From contig CBDCVR010000014.1 in the NCBI GenBank assembly GCA_965223155.1, forward strand, positions 864,001 through 928,000: DNA of 64,000 nucleotides, read 5' to 3'. Both the position numbers and the translations under genes were made by a program. The notes beneath the pieces are model-generated. The model was given only the letters and a program-made list of their open reading frames with translations, had not been told where the DNA came from and ran no database searches. Shown one piece after another: positions 61,838 through 64,000 of this stretch. How positions within the stretch are numbered: the first letter of the stretch is position 1; each line of letters starts with the position of its first letter. This stretch comes from Candidatus Multivoradales bacterium. Lineage in GTDB: Bacteria > Acidobacteriota > Thermoanaerobaculia > Multivoradales > JAHEKO01.

Positions 61838-62377
61838 TCAGGCCGCCGGCTCTTCGTCGTCCGAACCGGAAAACGGCCCGCGCGGCATGCACACCACGAT
61901 GTTGTCGCGCAGGAAGATTCCCATGAAGCCGCTACGGAGCTTCTCGGCGGCTCCGAGCGCGCAATCGATCTCGGTGCTCTGATCGTCGGTCAGAGTGAGG
62001 ACGAGCTTGCGGGGCGACTTCTTCGACCAGGCGATGCCCCAAGTCGGTGGATCGAAGGTGATCTCTTCGACCTCGGCCTTCTTGCCAGGATCCACCGCGT
62101 CCACTCGGTACGAGTCGTCGACCATGAGCTGGCGCTCCTCGGCGTAGTCGAAGGAGACCCAAGCCAGCGCCGCGGCCATCCACTCTTCCTCGGTCATCCG
62201 GTCGAGCTCGGCCTGGAACTCCTTGAGCTCCTCCTTGGCCAGGTCAATGTCAGTCTGCCAGAGGAAGCCGTCCCGGCCCATGGTGGTCTTGCCGGCCCCG
62301 GGATTCCCCTGGGCGAGCGCAGGACCAGCGATCAAGGCGCCCAGCGCGAGTGTCAGTAGCGTGTTGCGTGCTTTCAT
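61838..62377 (-). CDS. Hypothetical secreted protein
   Basis: Signal peptide ending ALA; purine-rich RBS. Confidence 0.7.
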   Translation of the reverse strand: MKARNTLLTLALGALIAGPALAQGNPGAGKTTMGRDGFLWQTDIDLAKEELKEFQAELDRMTEEEWMAAALAWVSFDYAEERQLMVDDSYRVDAVDPGKKAEVEEITFDPPTWGIAWSKKSPRKLVLTLTDDQSTEIDCALGAAEKLRSGFMGIFLRDNIVVCMPRGPFSGSDDEEPAA

Positions 62378-62556
62378 GATCCTCTCCTTCGAAAATTGTC
62401 GTCACAAAGCCGACTCGGGAACCCTAACTCCTGGTTCAGGGTCTTGCAAGAGTCGGACCGGGCGCACACGCCGGCAGCCGCCACTAGAGCCCGCACCGCT
62501 GCCTTCGGTCACGCCGCTTTCGACCCGGCAGGGGACGCCGCCGCCGGTCGCGGCCC

Positions 62557-63597
62557 TTAGCCGGACTCGTCCACCAGCCGGACGATCTGCTTGCCCACGT
62601 TCTCGCCCGCGAACATGCCCAGAAAGGCTCGCGGCGCGCTCCGGAGCCCCTCGGCCACGGTCTCCCGGTAGCGCAGACGTCCCTCGGCCAGCCAGCCGCT
62701 CCCCACCGAGAGCCACTCCGCGCAAAGCTCGGGGTAGTCGGAGACGATAAACCCCTGCATGCGCAGGCTCCGGCCGATCATGACGAACAAGCCGCGCGGG
62801 CCGGGTGGCAGATCCTTCGGCTCGGCGTTGTAGTCCGCGATCATTCCGCACAGGACGATCCGGCCGCGCGGCCGCATGTTCAGGATGGCGGCTTCGAACA
62901 TCGGACCGCCCACGTTTTCGAAGTGGACGTCGATGCCTTCCGGGCAGAGCTCGCGAAGCGCCCGCACCGGATCCTCAAGAGTCTTGTAGTTGACCGCGGC
63001 GTCGAAGCCCAGCTCACCCGTCAGGAAGTCGACCTTCTCATCGCTTCCGGCCGAGCCGGCCACTCGGCACCCGAGGTTCTTGGCGATCTGGCCGGCCACC
63101 GAGCCGACCGCGCCAGAGGCCGCGGTCACGAACACCCGCTCGCCTTCCTGGAGCTCGCCGATGCCCCGGAGTCCGACCCAGGCGGTCATGCCGGGCATGC
63201 CCAGAATGCCCAGGTGGTAGGACAGTGGCACCGGACCTCGACCGATCTTGCGCAAGCCGCGCCCATCCGACGCCGAATAGAGCTCCCAGCGCAGCATGCC
63301 GACCACGAGATCGCCCTCGGCAAAGCCCGGATTGCGGCTGGCGACCACTTCCGCCACGACCCCGCCTTCGAGCGGCTCCCCCAGGACGAACGGCTCGATG
63401 TAGGACTGGACGTCATTCATCCTGCCGCGCATGTACGGATCGACCGACAGGTAGAGGTTGCGGGTCAGGATCTCGCCCTCGCCCGGCTCGGCGACCGGTT
63501 GTTCGTCGAAGGCGAAATGCTCCTCGGCAGGACGGCCGACGGGGCGGCTCGCCAAGAGGATCCTCTGATTCATGCGATCTCGCTGAGCTGGCGGCAT
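62557..63597 (-). CDS. NADP-dependent oxidoreductase (CurA/PTGR-like MDR family)
   Basis: YLSVDPYMRGRM, LGMPGMTA, AASGAVGS, ENVGG. Confidence 0.92.
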   Translation of the reverse strand: MPPAQRDRMNQRILLASRPVGRPAEEHFAFDEQPVAEPGEGEILTRNLYLSVDPYMRGRMNDVQSYIEPFVLGEPLEGGVVAEVVASRNPGFAEGDLVVGMLRWELYSASDGRGLRKIGRGPVPLSYHLGILGMPGMTAWVGLRGIGELQEGERVFVTAASGAVGSVAGQIAKNLGCRVAGSAGSDEKVDFLTGELGFDAAVNYKTLEDPVRALRELCPEGIDVHFENVGGPMFEAAILNMRPRGRIVLCGMIADYNAEPKDLPPGPRGLFVMIGRSLRMQGFIVSDYPELCAEWLSVGSGWLAEGRLRYRETVAEGLRSAPRAFLGMFAGENVGKQIVRLVDESG

Positions 63598-64000
63598 CAG
63601 CCGGACTCCGGATCGAGGACGGCGTTGAGCGCCATCGCCGTCACTTGCTCGACCACCTCTTCGCTCGACAGCCGGCCCTCCTCCCGGTACCACTTGGTGA
63701 GCCAGAGGATCATCCCCAGGATGCTGAACGCGGCCACCGTGGTGTCTACGTCCCGGAGGCGTCCCTGAGCCTTCAGCGCTTCCAGCAACCGCTCCAGCTT
63801 GCGGTAGTACTCGCGCTTTCGATCGTCGATGTCGGCGCGAGCGGCCGGATCCAGGACCTTCGTCTCATCGATCACCAGGATGCTGAGCGCGCCGTCGGCT
63901 TCCTCGCAGATGAGTCGCGCGTGCCCCCGCACCAGCCAGCGCAGGCCCTCTCCAGGATCGTCCGTATCGCGGGCCGCCGCGGTCGCCCGCTCGAGCTCAT
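63597..64000 (-). CDS. TetR family regulator, C-terminal part (5' end outside window)
   Basis: G.LRDVD..VAAFSILGM..W..KWYR.EG.LS.EEV. Confidence 0.8.
   Translation of the reverse strand, partial: ELERATAAARDTDDPGEGLRWLVRGHARLICEEADGALSILVIDETKVLDPAARADIDDRKREYYRKLERLLEALKAQGRLRDVDTTVAAFSILGMILWLTKWYREEGRLSSEEVVEQVTAMALNAVLDPESG

Noticed and set aside
284-63768. Many long antisense or alternate-frame ORFs (e.g. 29030..30667, 38773..39975, 44470..46077, 59384..60649)
   Set aside because: Shadow ORFs expected in high-GC coding DNA; they overlap well-supported genes and carry no recognisable motifs

Overview
GC-rich bacterial DNA. The gene content (many Hanks-type kinase/TolB-N/TPR proteins, frequent leaderless genes) suggests Acidobacteriota; this is an inference. 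Housekeeping and metabolic genes lie at about 1-12.7 kb and 41.3-64 kb. Between them is a roughly 28-kb accessory island anchored on an intact tRNA-Sec gene (selC, 41115-41214, minus strand). The island has three well-preserved displaced copies of the selC 3' part, each starting at the anticodon loop, plus one decayed copy. Each well-preserved copy is flanked on one side by 93-bp tRNA-3'-end repeats. On the other side is a ~140-bp module of 10-bp-phased CAAC/GTTG boxes and a TGCACCA direct-repeat pair exactly 121 bp from the junction. These junctions divide the right part of the island into small integrase-less cassettes. The island carries six Ser/Thr kinase genes, four small-protein/nucleotidyltransferase pairs, RelBE- and HigBA-type modules and many gene scraps. 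This selC-anchored cassette array is the best candidate for an undescribed system. All coordinates and alignments were read by eye; no database search was run.
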